DNA of 64,000 nt. Source: Auanema rhodensis (lineage: Eukaryota; Animalia; Nematoda). Each line of letters begins with the position of its first letter. Position 1 is the first letter of the stretch. Below are positions 1 through 11,988 of the stretch, one piece after another. The stretch covers positions 14,446,001 through 14,510,000 of the forward strand of contig OZ059895.1 in assembly GCA_964057225.1 (NCBI GenBank), read 5' to 3'. Both the position numbers and the translations under genes were made by a program. Below the pieces are notes generated by a model. That model saw only the letters and a program-made list of their open reading frames with translations. It was not told where the DNA came from and did not search any database.

Positions 1-892
1 GAACGAGAACGAATTCAATTTATGATTGCATGTGAATCATTTGAGAATGATTATTGTGGACTTTCTCCTGAGGAAGCCACCAAAGATGCCTTAGCGTTAT
101 ATGAAAGGTTTGCTCCAGTCATATTGAATATGTGTACATAATCCCATATTATGTTCAGATTTTTCTCTATGCAGTCACCAAATCCGATAGATGTAGGTGA
201 TCGGCGAAGAGTGGCGATTGAAGCCGCTATTTGTTCGGATACTGGAAAGCCGGAGTTGACAGCTTTTCGTGCTGCTTATTCGTGTGTTTATTCAGACTTG
301 CAAAAGGTTTTCATTTTCGAAAATGTCCAATATTATTCCTAATTGTTCTCAGAAATATCTAAATAATTTTATCGATTCGCATAGTTTCCGTAGTTATGTG
401 GATGATCTGAAGTCACAAATTGAGAACACGGTAAGAATACCTTTTTAATCAACCTGCAAATTTTCTATTTTTGTCAAGGTTGAATTTCCTCGTCATATAA
501 AGCATCGTACTGCTAACGGTTCTACGGGATCTTCTGACTCTTTGCCTTCAACCTTCAGAAGGCATTGTCAGCTATTGGAACAAGTTCAATCGTCATCACA
601 ATGTGGTAGTCCTCGTTCACCGAGAACAACGTACGTTGTTTGATAAGTTTTGATCAAAACATTCTTTTTTAGAAATTTGGCCGAGATTGATAATATGGGA
701 AGATATCGCCCTCTTTACGATTACTCTTTCATGCAAGATACTCGTTCGCCAAATAAATTGAAGTTGAAGCTTCGGCAATATCTTGATAAAAGCTCTTTAC
801 GAGAAGAAGAGTTGGCTGAAGAAGTTGCCAAATCTATAATCGCTGATGTACATAGCATGGTGGAAGCAGGAAGGAAAAGGGAGCTATTGTAA
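1..892 (+). CDS. rgs-5: AKAP10/D-AKAP2-like RGS-domain protein, 3' part only (multi-exon, 5' end outside window)
   Basis: Spliced translation ERERIQFMIACESFEND...KDALALYERFFSMQSPNPIDVGDRRRVAIEAAICSDTGKPELTAF...KYLNNFIDS is RGS-like. C-terminal EEELAEEVAKSIIADV resembles the D-AKAP2 PKA-binding helix (QEELAWKIAKMIVSD). TAA at 890-892. Confidence 0.8.
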
Positions 893-1163
893 ATATTTGG
901 TTGGTGATCAGTTTCCATTTCTTTTTTTCTTTTTTTTTTTTACATATTATCAATTTGTATATTCACGGTAGCTCAAAACATAATATATCACTGTTGCATA
1001 ATTGCCATTTAATTAGAGCTCATTTATCATAATTTTATCTGCTGCATTTACACGCATAATTTATGAAAAATCAAATAATACAATAAATATTAAATATGAA
1101 TAGCGAATCGACTTTTGAGACCTGTACTATGAGCATCACTTATAAGTTCAGAAATATATACAT

Positions 1164-2636
1164 CTATACTTGAAGTCTACGATCATTAGAAAACACATCA
1201 AGTGCACCAGCAGAGAAAGGGAATAGCATGTTATCGAATGATGGATTCTAAAAAGGATCATTTGTGTAATATTATAATAAAATTCCTACATAATCAAACT
1301 GATTATTGGTTTGTTCCTGTTTTTTGAATCGTCGCTGAGGAGTTTGCCTTTTTTTCAAATTCTCCACGACAGCCGGATAAGATGAGATGTCACTTTTTGT
1401 TTCAGTTGTTTCCTTCTCTTCCCGTACAGGAAATAATTCTCGTATTGCTCTCACATCATCATCACCTATTATAATGTTTTTAAGGAGTAAATATATAGAA
1501 ATTACTTAATGTGAAATCTGCTATAAAAGGCTTTTTACTAGCAAACATCACTGCTCTAAGATCAGTAGAATGCTCCAATCCTAATAAATGGCCGATTTCA
1601 TGAACAGCTGTCTGAAACGAAATAAGAATATGACATTTAAGTTATGCGAATAGTGGCACGCGGTTGCTTTCTTTTTGAAATTTTTCTCATAATTTACAAA
1701 TTTCATTATGCGTAAATTTCAAAAAGTTTCACCAGATGACATTTGAGAATAGTTTCATATAAATAACCTGAAATAAATTGACTCCATGTTCCGAATTCAG
1801 TGTCCAATCTTCATCTGCGTCGAAATGAAGTCGTCCGTCTCGAGGGTAAAAGGCATGAGCCACAACACCGTCTATGAAATCAAATCGCTATGTAATTATT
1901 ACTTATATATAAATACCTTTTCCATCAAAAGGATAAGGGTCATTGTGTTTTCCCTTTTGAAAGCTGACTGTTAAGTCAGTTTTCCCTTCTTGAAGTTCTT
2001 TGAACTGCACAGATGATACGCCCTTCCATTCATTGAATGCTCGATGTAAAGTATTTCTTCAAATCGTAATTTATCTTTTGTAACAACTTTCATACTTACC
2101 TCACGATGTAAGTATCATCTTCTCCAATATTAATGGGATCAAGCTTCCAGGTAAGCAGGTTTTTATTCCATTTTCTTCTTCGAACAACTGCAATATGTAG
2201 TACAGGATTCGCAAGTTTATAATACAAGTGTTGTTGGAAACATATTATAACTATGTCAAACATGGTGTTACATGTTATCAATTAGAACAAGCATATGTTT
2301 ACTAGAGAAAAAACAAGTCGTTCGCGCCGTTTTCAGTTTTGCATACTTGAGATAAAGAAACTATCACCTTCAACTAGTTTATCTCAATTGTTGCCAATAG
2401 CTTGTTTTCGAGTAAATAAGAAAGAGTATATCTTTGGAACCTTATGATCAAAGCTAAGCTATCAAAATGAAGTTATAATAGAGTAACTAACCATAGCGTT
2501 TTACCCGTTTCGTAGAATATGCAGAGGTATCTAGTATATTCAGCTGAAATGACCTAGAAGATTCTAAGGCATCAGAATGCTGCTCAGTGCAATGGCATGT
2601 ATATATGAATAATAGAAAAATGAATATGAAATTCAT
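1164..2636 (-). CDS. Minimal matrix metalloproteinase (matrixin/zmp family), secreted
   Basis: Signal peptide MNFIFIFLLFIYTCHC, furin site RVKR/[44 protein letters not shown], zinc motif TAVHEIGHLLGLEH and Met-turn AVMF. GT-AG introns. The exact last exon and stop are uncertain. Confidence 0.9.
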
Positions 2637-3371
2637 TGGCAGCCCTGAGGGCTTCATCTACAGTTTTGAAGATAGTCAACGCATTGCGTAATAACATAAA
2701 GCAGAGGCGGGGTCTTTTGAGATGCTTGTTCTTCAAAACCTGCATATCGTTTATGGATGCCAACCAGCCGAGAGGATGCCTTGCGGAAAGTTTAATCCAC
2801 ATGATCTAGATTAGACTGTTGAACGATTGCAGAAGAAACTTCTATATGCATAATATAACCGAAGAAAAAAACAATCCGAATATATACTAGAAGGTCATAC
2901 CTAAAGCTATAAAACCATTTATTGTGTCAATCATTGGTGAACACAAGTGGTTCAGTAAGCTTCAGCTAGTTTTTGACTGAATCGAACCGAAAAACTTACA
3001 TTCCCTTTTTAATCCTACTTTCACTTGTCCTTGGCATCATCGCACTTTTGCCAATTGAATGAGTGTGGTGTTCGTGAGACTTTCACTTTTCAGGAAATGC
3101 GGTATATTTGTGTAAATATTTAATAAATAAGTCCTGAAAACTTCTGTTCAACAAGCAGATCACAATTCCGGAATAATAATCCATAGCTAAATTGCTTATC
3201 TCTGTGATGATCTCAATTATGCACTTGTTTTGGCTAATATTACGACTATTCTGAATGATATAGATCTTCATATTTGTTATAAGCGAACCGAACTGATTCA
3301 AAAAACTGTCAACAATAAATAATACAACAGAGCTATCTCGAAATCCTAGAAATTAAACAACAAAAAACAAC

Positions 3372-4136
3372 TTATGACCAAGTACGAGTTGTATCAATAT
3401 AATCACCATCAGGAGATTCGTAATTAGATATAGGTGGGGTTAAAGAAGGTCCTTCGAGAGTATAAGGGAGATTTTCACATGGTTGGATAGCCTAAAAGTA
3501 TCAAAATCGGTTAAAAACGTCAAAGCAATTTTTATAGTATTCACCTTTGACCACAATTCAGGTGAAATTGCTTTTAATTCATCCAAAGCTTTCTTCTGAG
3601 CTTTCAACGCCTTACGCACGTATTCATCATCAAGGCGTTGCAAAGCGTTTCTACTTTTGTTATATTCCTATGAATATCAAAAATGGTATTTTGAAGTATT
3701 TTAAATCAAACCTTTAAAATGACAGCTCTTTCATCTATAGTTTCGTTTGATAATAAAGTTTCTGCACGGTATCGCTCACTGAAACAGGATATTATATTTC
3801 TAGACTATAAAAAAAACATACTGAATATTTTTGGCTGATTTGATATCCAACGTTAATTCATTAATTGGTTTTGGTTTCTTACTATGCTTTTGCATTTGCC
3901 TAATTTCTTTTTCAAGTCTTTTTCTTCTACGAGCTTCTCGTTGTTTAGCAACCTAGAAAAAATGCACTTTATATTATATTATATTATTCTAAAATACCAA
4001 CCTCCGGATCTATTTTCTTCTGTCTTTTCATGAAAATTGAATATGCAGATGTAGTTGTATGGATGGTTCTAATATTTGAAACATCACATGATAAGCTTAA
4101 TTTGCCAACAAGTCGTGAAAGCGAAAGAAGCGACAT
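3372..4136 (-). CDS. mrpl-40: Mitochondrial ribosomal protein mL40
   Basis: Presequence MSLLSLSRLVGKL..., then KRQKKIDPEVAKQREARRKKRLEKEIRQMQKHSKKPKPINE, AQKKALDELKAISPELW, GPSLTPPISNYESPDGDYIDTTRTWS*. ATG sits 4 nt after a TTTTAG acceptor. Confidence 0.92.
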
Positions 4137-4527
4137 TTTACTAAAAATATTCTTTTAGATTCACGTATACTTCAGGAACAAAGAAAAAATGAGAACTTGT
4201 TTACGATAATACAAAATTTAAGTTGGACTGAAGCGCGCTACAATTATAATATCCTGCGCTGTTCCTAAAGTCCCCCTCAATTCCCAACAAACCAAACATT
4301 TTTACACCCTGCGACAACGTTATTTGGTAAAAAACGTAGGTTTTCAAATTATTGTTTCATCTATTTAACTGACGATACATCAAATAATTAAGCTGTAACG
4401 GATAAGACGGTTAGGTATAAACATGGTGAGAAATCAAAAATTCCAAAAATATGAATATGATTTAAATACCCAACATAATCGCTTGATTCTCTGCAGAGTT
4501 GACAAGTGTTAGCTTGTGGGGCCGATT
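4137..4527. promoter_or_regulatory. Probable bidirectional promoter between mrpl-40 and the C2H2/MULE gene
   Basis: About 390 bp between divergent ATGs, with CG-containing motifs (AAGCGCGCT, CCTGCGC, CCTGCGA) in an AT-rich background. Confidence 0.55.
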
Positions 4528-7500
4528 ATGCCTCGTTCCACAACACAATTAAATGTAGAACCTTCATCATCATGCTTAACCGAACAAGGAAGATCGCACA
4601 TGCTAACTTGTTAGTTTTAAAGGTCTAAGAAATAGCTAAATTTGTCTTTACAGTGAATGAGAGCGCGAATGTTTCCATTGATTCGGATAGTAGGGTAATG
4701 AAATCTTATATTATGTATATATATGTACAAAGATATTTCAGCCTTCAAATTCGGACTATGCTAATGATGGCAGAAAAAGGCGTTCAGCGGCTTTGTTAAG
4801 ACTACCTATTGAGTAAGTTACCTTGATGACTTATAGGATGATTACCTTTTTAATTTTAGTGATGAGGGTGCACATTATTTTCCTTGTCCAGTGAAACATT
4901 GTGATTCTGTGGCTAGCACCAGGTTAGAACGGAATCATCACATGAGAACGTACCATTCCGGCTATGTATATAAGGATGGTGATGGTGCGAATAAGGCTAG
5001 AAAAATAGATACTAGATATAGTAGAAGAGTAATTATTGCATGAACTCAGTATATTTTAGTTTTTTTTATTTAGAACAATATGGAACAATCATTAGATAGC
5101 AAAAGTAAAATAGAAGATGTCGATGATGATGACTTGGTTCATGTTACATGTGATTTACCCAGTGAACGTATTGGTAAAGCGCGTGGTGGTTTGTTAGATA
5201 TGTGTGACCAAGAGCCTAACTTAGATGAAGATATTACTACTTTAACGAAACTAGTGGGTTTTGACTTTTTCTTTAAATCTGATTTTGTTTATATAGAACA
5301 GCGCTGGAAAAGAATCCACTCGAGAAACGAAACGTCGACGAGGGCGTCCTCGTAATCCACCCGGTACTGAGCCGGGACCAAATTCAAAAGTTCGAATTAG
5401 CGATCCTGAAGGTATATACCGGTGCTATGTTCCGGAATGCAACTGGAGAGGTGGCTATCGTTCCATCCGAGCTGATCATATGAAATGGTGTCATAAGGAC
5501 TGGACTCTACCTCCACGCTATATTTTACACGTAATAAGTGTTGATGGGATATATGTATATTTAAGTATTACTTTTCAGAGAGTTTCAAGAGAAGGTGCCT
5601 ATTTAGATCCTGCCCAGTTTGAGCCCGAATATTCTTGTTTAGTTGAGGGTTGTCCCTGGAAAGGAAACTTTAGGTATTTTGTTAGTTTTCTTGCCCATTC
5701 AATTTGAAATTTAGAGCCTCGCGTTCCACTCATATGAAGGTGGCTCACCCGGAATTCCAACCTATGCGTAAAAAAGCTCCTGCTGGAGGTTTCATGCCTG
5801 ATGGAAAATATGTTTGCCATGAGCCATCGTGTGGATGGAGAGGAGCTTCACGATCCACGAGAGCAGCTCACATGAAACGACAACATCCAGGCTATATTAA
5901 TCCCGTTTACACTCAACGGAATGTAAGAAAACCTGCTGGTCTTCGATTGAATTTTCTGATTTTAGCTCCCATGTTGTGATTGCAATGTTCAATGTCCATC
6001 TCACAAGGCTTTTGTTGATCATATGGTGTGCGAGCATAGAATCGGTGGAATTGTTCAAAGGGAATTCACTGATGTTCGAGATTACGAGGTATCAATACTG
6101 TTAATTTTTGTTCTCACAGAATATTACAGGAATGGTTTGATGCTGTACAAGAATCTTTTTCTGTTGAGTACGTGAAGAGAATGGGCATAAAGCAAACTGA
6201 ACTCTATCAAGTTTTATATTTGTACTGTTCACGGAGTGGTGGATATCGTCCTAAACGAACAAGATCTTCAATACCATATGTATCGGAGTATACAAAACGG
6301 AGGTGTTTCAGAACTCTCAATAAGTGTGGAAGGAACTGTGCAGCTTTCTTACGCGTATAATGCAATTCTTTAAAGGAAGTTATCTTTATTTTTGAAGGTT
6401 GTTCACTGGACTGATGGAAGATTGACTGTTGTGGGTTGTGTTGAACATACTGGTCATCGAATGGGAACAGCTCTCTTGCGGCTATCCCCTTCGGAACGTG
6501 AAGTAATGGATGAATATCTTTACATTCAAGATGATGATACTCCCCTGGAATTGATGATTGATCGCTTGAGAGGTAATAACAGAAAAGGGAGTACATTTAT
6601 TAACCATTAGTCACATTTAGATATGGAAGGGTATACTGCTGATGGATTTGGAGTTATTCCACGGTCATCACCCCAATTGGAGCAGTTTATTCTTAATGCT
6701 GAAAGTGAACATCATTCACTCAATGATTTAGTTAAGGTATTTTAAATTTTTCAGTGTGAAACTAATTTTTGTTTTCAAATTAAGAATTCTAATATGTTCC
6801 AACCCGAATCATTTTTCAATGTGAATCTGTTGGATGATAAAGGAAATCCTTGGCCCGATTGTTTCTCTATAGGCATAATGACAGAGGAAATGAAATCTCT
6901 GTGGACTCAATATAGTAATAGAGCTGTGTGTATAGAGGAGGTAGTGTTCATTTCTATGTTATTTTTGTAAAATTATTTTCTTAAGGTTCGATTAATGATT
7001 TCAAATTGGGATGTTAGTTTAAGCTTTGTTCTTGTATTTGATATAACTGATACTCCTCGGTGTGCCTGCATATACATTTCTCAACATCCGGATAAATCTG
7101 CTCTTCTTCGTCAATTAGCTTCTGTGTAATTTTTTAAATATATGTACATTTACAAAGTTTCAATTTTCAGTAGAAAAGGACCCATTGAAACCTTCGTAAC
7201 AGATTGTTCACCTGAGTGGCCAATTCTTATTGATCAAATATTTGGAGAAAATTCTTATAACTCTGATATCCAAATCGCAGAATGGCATCTTTTATTGGAT
7301 TGGGCTAATCAAGTAGATCAAATGGTTGTTAACCGAGTGGATAAATTTTCTATTTTATGTGCTCTGCGTCGTTGGCTTAGGTATGCTCAAGTTTTCTTTG
7401 AAAACATGTATGTTCTTTCGATTCAGAGCTTCTGATCCCACATTATTCGAAGCAATGATTATTGATTTGTTCGAGGCCTTCCGGGAAATGGAATTAGATG

Positions 7501-8744
7501 AACTAGCACAATCCATTGATCTTCAGCTGACTGACCCTGAGTATTCTAAAAGGTTGTTTTATATTAAACATTATTTTATTAATTCATTAACCAAATTTAG
7601 ATGGACTCCTTTAATTCGAAACCCTTTAACCGCTCATCACAATCCCATTTTAGAAATTGCGTCTCGGTAAGTAAAATAAAATTTTCTATAATCTCTGTTA
7701 TAGCTCCGTTATTTTATAAATGTTTCTATAAACTGATATCACAACCGTACTGTAATGTTATTTGAAAAGTAAATAGCAATACCGGTTTTTTCATACTTGA
7801 TGCTCAAAATACTAAATTTGTTTTTAACCATAGTAATTCACTCTTATGAGTATTGTGAGGGAGCTTTGAGACAACTGTTATCAAGCTAATACGATAAATT
7901 TAGTTTTTCTTTATAGAATGTTCCGGGAACGTTATTTAAATTGTGAAATATGCTCAAGAATTGACGAATATGTTGGTCTGATTATTCAACGGATTGCAGA
8001 ATTCAATAATGTTGCTGTAAGTTGATTGCTTATTAACATCTCTAATTGTTCTTTGTTAAAGATGTCTGATGTATACTCAACAGGAGCAGTCGAACCAATG
8101 CGAGTCGTTCCTCCTTTATATGAGGATGTGTATGTTTTATGCCTTTTATAGTTTGTTTAACAACAAAGTTACAGAGATCCAGGTAATGTGATGGCAGATG
8201 GTTCACTTGTTGGTTCTTGTCCTACCCAGTATGCTAGATGATTATGGTTGTGGTATTAATTTCTGATTTTTCAGGATTGTGGATCAAGATAGTAGTTTGG
8301 GAGGTATAAAGTTGGGGGAAGAATTTCCACCTCATCGCGAAGAAGAAATTGTTGAAGAGGTTATAATAGAAGAACAAATAATTGAAGGTCCCGAAGCAAT
8401 GCAGGTAATGGTATTACAAGAGATAAATACAATGTTATATTGTTCTCAGATTGTGGAGGAATCTTTAACCAATCTTCATTATCCTTCTACATCTTCTAAT
8501 GTTGAAGATGAAACGGAATGTGACCGGAAGATTCGAATAAATCAAATGATGCAGGTAGGCATTTTTAATAAAGTTTAGTGCATAATATCAGCTTCAGAGG
8601 TTAAAAGAAAAAATGGAGACTTTATCAGATGACGGTGCTATGGAGCTAATGGAGTCAAGTTTATCTCAGGTTGTAAGCCATTTAGATCGTTCCATCCCTC
8701 TTGGCGTGAAAGAGGAACAGATATCAAATTCATCTAATGAATAA
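4528..8744 (+). CDS. C2H2 zinc-finger protein fused to a Mutator/MULE transposase-like domain (probably domesticated)
   Basis: Five C2H2-type fingers (CPVKHC..HMRTYH, CYVPEC..HMKWCH, CLVEGC..HMKVAH, CHEPSC..HMKRQH, CCDC..HMVCEH). MULE N-terminal YCSRSG...C.AFL.V...V..C..HTGH module. Core FSIGIMT..AVCIEE..FVTD..IAEWH..RWTP..HNPILE..RERYL..RID. Acidic tail. Roughly 20 short introns, open frame to TAA 8742-8744. Confidence 0.82.
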
Positions 8745-9075
8745 TATGTAAAATTTTTGCTGGTATCATGAAAAATCTTAATATTATCATTTCTAATTCA
8801 TTCTTAGATGATTTATGCCACTTAATTAAATTTCTTTTTTTCCTTGTTTTAGGCGACCTACTCTTTATCCGAATTATGTTAAATTACTCATTCCCGTTAT
8901 TTGCGAATAATTTGGGCAACTAGATGTAGTATAAGCTTTAAATTATCAGGTGTCATTCTAAAAATTTTTGACTGTAAATGTTTCAGGATTTATTGTTTGA
9001 TTTTATTAATGGTTGAGCAACCACTTGTTTTTTTGATCCTTTTTTATTTTTTGTTGTGATTTAATTTGTTTTTAG

Positions 9076-9161
9076 ATTAAGTTTAACTTAAGGACCGTAG
9101 TTCGTTTTGTATTGTAAAGAACTGTGCCTGATTGGTGTAGTGTGTGTGGGATATAAATCAG
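9076..9161 (+). other. spt-4: Non-coding 5'-UTR exon of spt-4
   Basis: TTTTAG acceptor ending 9075 and CAG|GTAAGG donor at 9161/9162. The intron ends at TTTCAG 1 nt before the ATG. Confidence 0.55.
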
Positions 9162-9192
9162 GTAAGGGTTCTTGGTTCAATTCCTACCAGTG

Positions 9193-9323
9193 TCGCGGAC
9201 TTTCAACACGACTTTGCACATCTGTGGCGATTTCGTCTGTATGTTTCCGCAATAGTGAATCCTGGTGGGATTCGCTAGCACCGCGTCTCGTGACCGGAGT
9301 TTGATAGTACCCCATCAACAATT
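9193..9323 (+). ncRNA. Intronic box H/ACA snoRNA, predicted guide for LSU rRNA pseudouridylation
   Basis: Hairpin 1 GCGGA...TCCGC, hinge AATAGTGA, hairpin 2 TGGTGGG...CCCATCA followed by ACA+3 nt. The hairpin-2 pocket strands TTCGCTA and TAGTA pair with the conserved LSU sequence UACUA-UC-UAGCGAA. Confidence 0.8.
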
Positions 9324-9337
9324 TTTTTTGTTTCAGA

Positions 9338-9792
9338 ATGTCTGTTGAAACCATTCCACGTGATCTTCGTGGCTTGAGAGCTTGCTTGTTATGTTCATTG
9401 ATAAAAACAATTGATCAATTCGAGCGTGATGGCTGTGAAAACTGTGAAAGAGCTCTTCACATGAAAGGAGATGCTGATAAAGTATACGAATGCACTAGGT
9501 ATTGGGGATACTTCATTGAATGAAAAAATTAAAACATTTTCTCTTTTTAGTCAGAACTTTGATGGAATGATATCAGCAATGCAACCTGATGATTCTTGGG
9601 TCTGCAAATGGCAGGTATTTGAACAATTTTTAAAATTCAATATTAAACAATTTTTTTAAGAAAATAAACCGAAAATGTAAAGGAATGTACGCGGTTTCTG
9701 TTTCTGGATCTCTTCCTTCTTCTGTTGTTTCTGACCTTAAAAGCATGGGTATACGATACACTCCTTATATGCGCGAAACTGCTACCAAGTAA
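9338..9792 (+). CDS. spt-4: Transcription elongation factor SPT4 (DSIF small subunit)
   Basis: [36 protein letters not shown]...[26 protein letters not shown]...[12 protein letters not shown]; 3 coding exons. Confidence 0.97.
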
Positions 9793-10103
9793 AACACAAT
9801 TATGGGTATGATTATCAATGATTTGTAGTAATTTGTTTTGTAAGTTAATTGTTTATTATCATTTGGCCATAAATAGCCCGCATAAAATATTAAAATTGAG
9901 CACGTTTAAACATATAAATGCTGTAAAAAGTTATAAGGCCACACCATTTTGAGTCTTGCAAGTAGCACCGAAAAAATAAAAAATATTAGCAATTGGTCTC
10001 CTACTGAGTAGAGTTATGGTAAGACTAAAGGTAATTTTATGGCAATTTGAATTATTTACAAAAAAATTAAAGCATAATATAGGGAGGAAGATGAATAATA
10101 CCA

Positions 10104-11988
10104 TTATTGAATCATTTTTTCCAAAATCGGAATGATTTGGTCAAACATGGGTCGTCGTCCAGGATCTTCATTCAAACAAATATGCATCAATCTGCTCATA
10201 TTACGAGCTATTCCAGGAGGAATAGTAACTCTCAATCCTTCTAAGGCAATCTAGAATACAGTCATAAGTAAGGCTTAGTCTTATATAAACAAACCTTCAT
10301 TCCGCATTCCATAGGTGGTAAATCTGAGAAAGGTACTTCTCTGGTGTTAAGTTCCCACAAGAGAATTCCAAAACTCCACATATCAGCAGCTCGCACATTC
10401 AGTTCTTCTGGAGCTCGAGCAAGTGCTAAACGAATACAGTATAATTCAAAGAAGAATCTGGTGAGTAACCTTCTGGACTCATCCAAGCTGGTGAATAGCA
10501 TCTTCCGACTTCTTGGAATGAGAACTTAGTGTCAGCCATAGAAATCTTGGCAGTAAGTTCTTCATCAACAACAACATGCTTTGATGAGAGGTAATATCTA
10601 AGAAGATTAATATGAGATAGATTCCAAAAACAATAGCATACCGAAGAATGGCAGGATCCAAGCTGTGCAAGTAAGACATTCCACGCGCAATGTCAATTGC
10701 AAAACGAAGAGCTTGATTATGATCGATAACGACAGCTGAAATGAGTTTAATTGAAGTATGTATACTGTTAGATGAAACTTACAGCTTTGTTCGTGCAAAA
10801 CATTATAAAGACTTCCGAATGGCATGTACTGGCTGATTACGACTAAAGATGGAGGCTGGTTAGCTGCAGCAAGAACTGGGCAGATGTTGGAGTGAGCAAA
10901 GATACTTAAAGCGTATGATTTAGTTGTAGCATTCCATTTTAAAATACCGAAGAGCTGGGAATTCCGTTTGGAAATCGCGGGAGATTCGAGGAGTAACTTC
11001 AGCCACGGAAAGAATTCGAGCAACGATTTCGCTGCCTTGCCACTTTCCTCTCCATAATTCACCAGAATGAGACTCAGCAATCTGAAAAACCAGGTTGATC
11101 ATTCAGAATTACGCAAGATTTTTTTACTTTCGTGGCCAAGTGGAGTGAGCTAACGTCAACTCCAGTATAACGACTGAGAGTAGCATCACGAGTTCTAGCT
11201 CTAGTACCACGCCATGCCTCATCCTTGAATGGAATACGTTCGTTAGCGTTCTGGCCATTTTCCTTAGCAATTTCTGGAATATTTTTAATTTTCAAATATA
11301 TTAAGTAACACGATTATACCAATAATATTGGCACGGCATTGTGGCTGGCAAACATCCAAAGGCGTTTGACCACGCTTGTTGCAAGCACCAATCAAAGCAC
11401 CTGACTGAATTAAATCCTGAAATATCAGAATGAAAGGAAAATTCAAATACGTTATATTTTCTGTCAAGGTATAATGTACTACGCTTTAACTAACCTCAGC
11501 AATTTGTTCATAGCCCCAGAAACAAGCATAGTGCAATGGAGACATTCCGTGTTCGTTCGTTGCATTAACATCAGCTTTACGTCCCAACAGCTTCTACAAC
11601 AAAAATTTCAAAGGACGTTATTTTCTGACTACTTACGAAGACGATCTGACGGTGGCCATGTGCAGCAGCAAGATGAAGACTAGTGTCATCTCCCATATTT
11701 GTACTATTCACGCGTGCTCCACGAGACAAGAGCATTTCTACGATGCTTACATGTCCTTCCTTACAAGCCCAATGAAGCAATGAGAAAGCATGGTCGTCAC
11801 TGAAGATATATTTTCATTAAGAAGGTTAGGAAAATAAAATAGATCTACCCAATGTTCAAGTCATGTTCGTGATCATCCAGCCATACACGAACTTGAAAAG
11901 CATTACCCTCACGCACCCATCCAAACACATCCTCCATAATAATGGGAACATTGGGTTTATGCTGATGATAACGAGCCGAAAGAGCCAT
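10104..11988 (-). CDS. pat-4: Integrin-linked kinase (ankyrin repeats + pseudokinase)
   Basis: [109 protein letters not shown]. Confidence 0.97.

Noticed and set aside
9090-9323. RNase MRP/P RNA (minus-strand GAAAGTCC), telomerase RNA or U17
   Set aside because: No matching P4 partner, no TTAGGC-type template and no correctly placed U17 m1/m2 pair. G-U pairs favour the + strand and the H/ACA guide model fits better.
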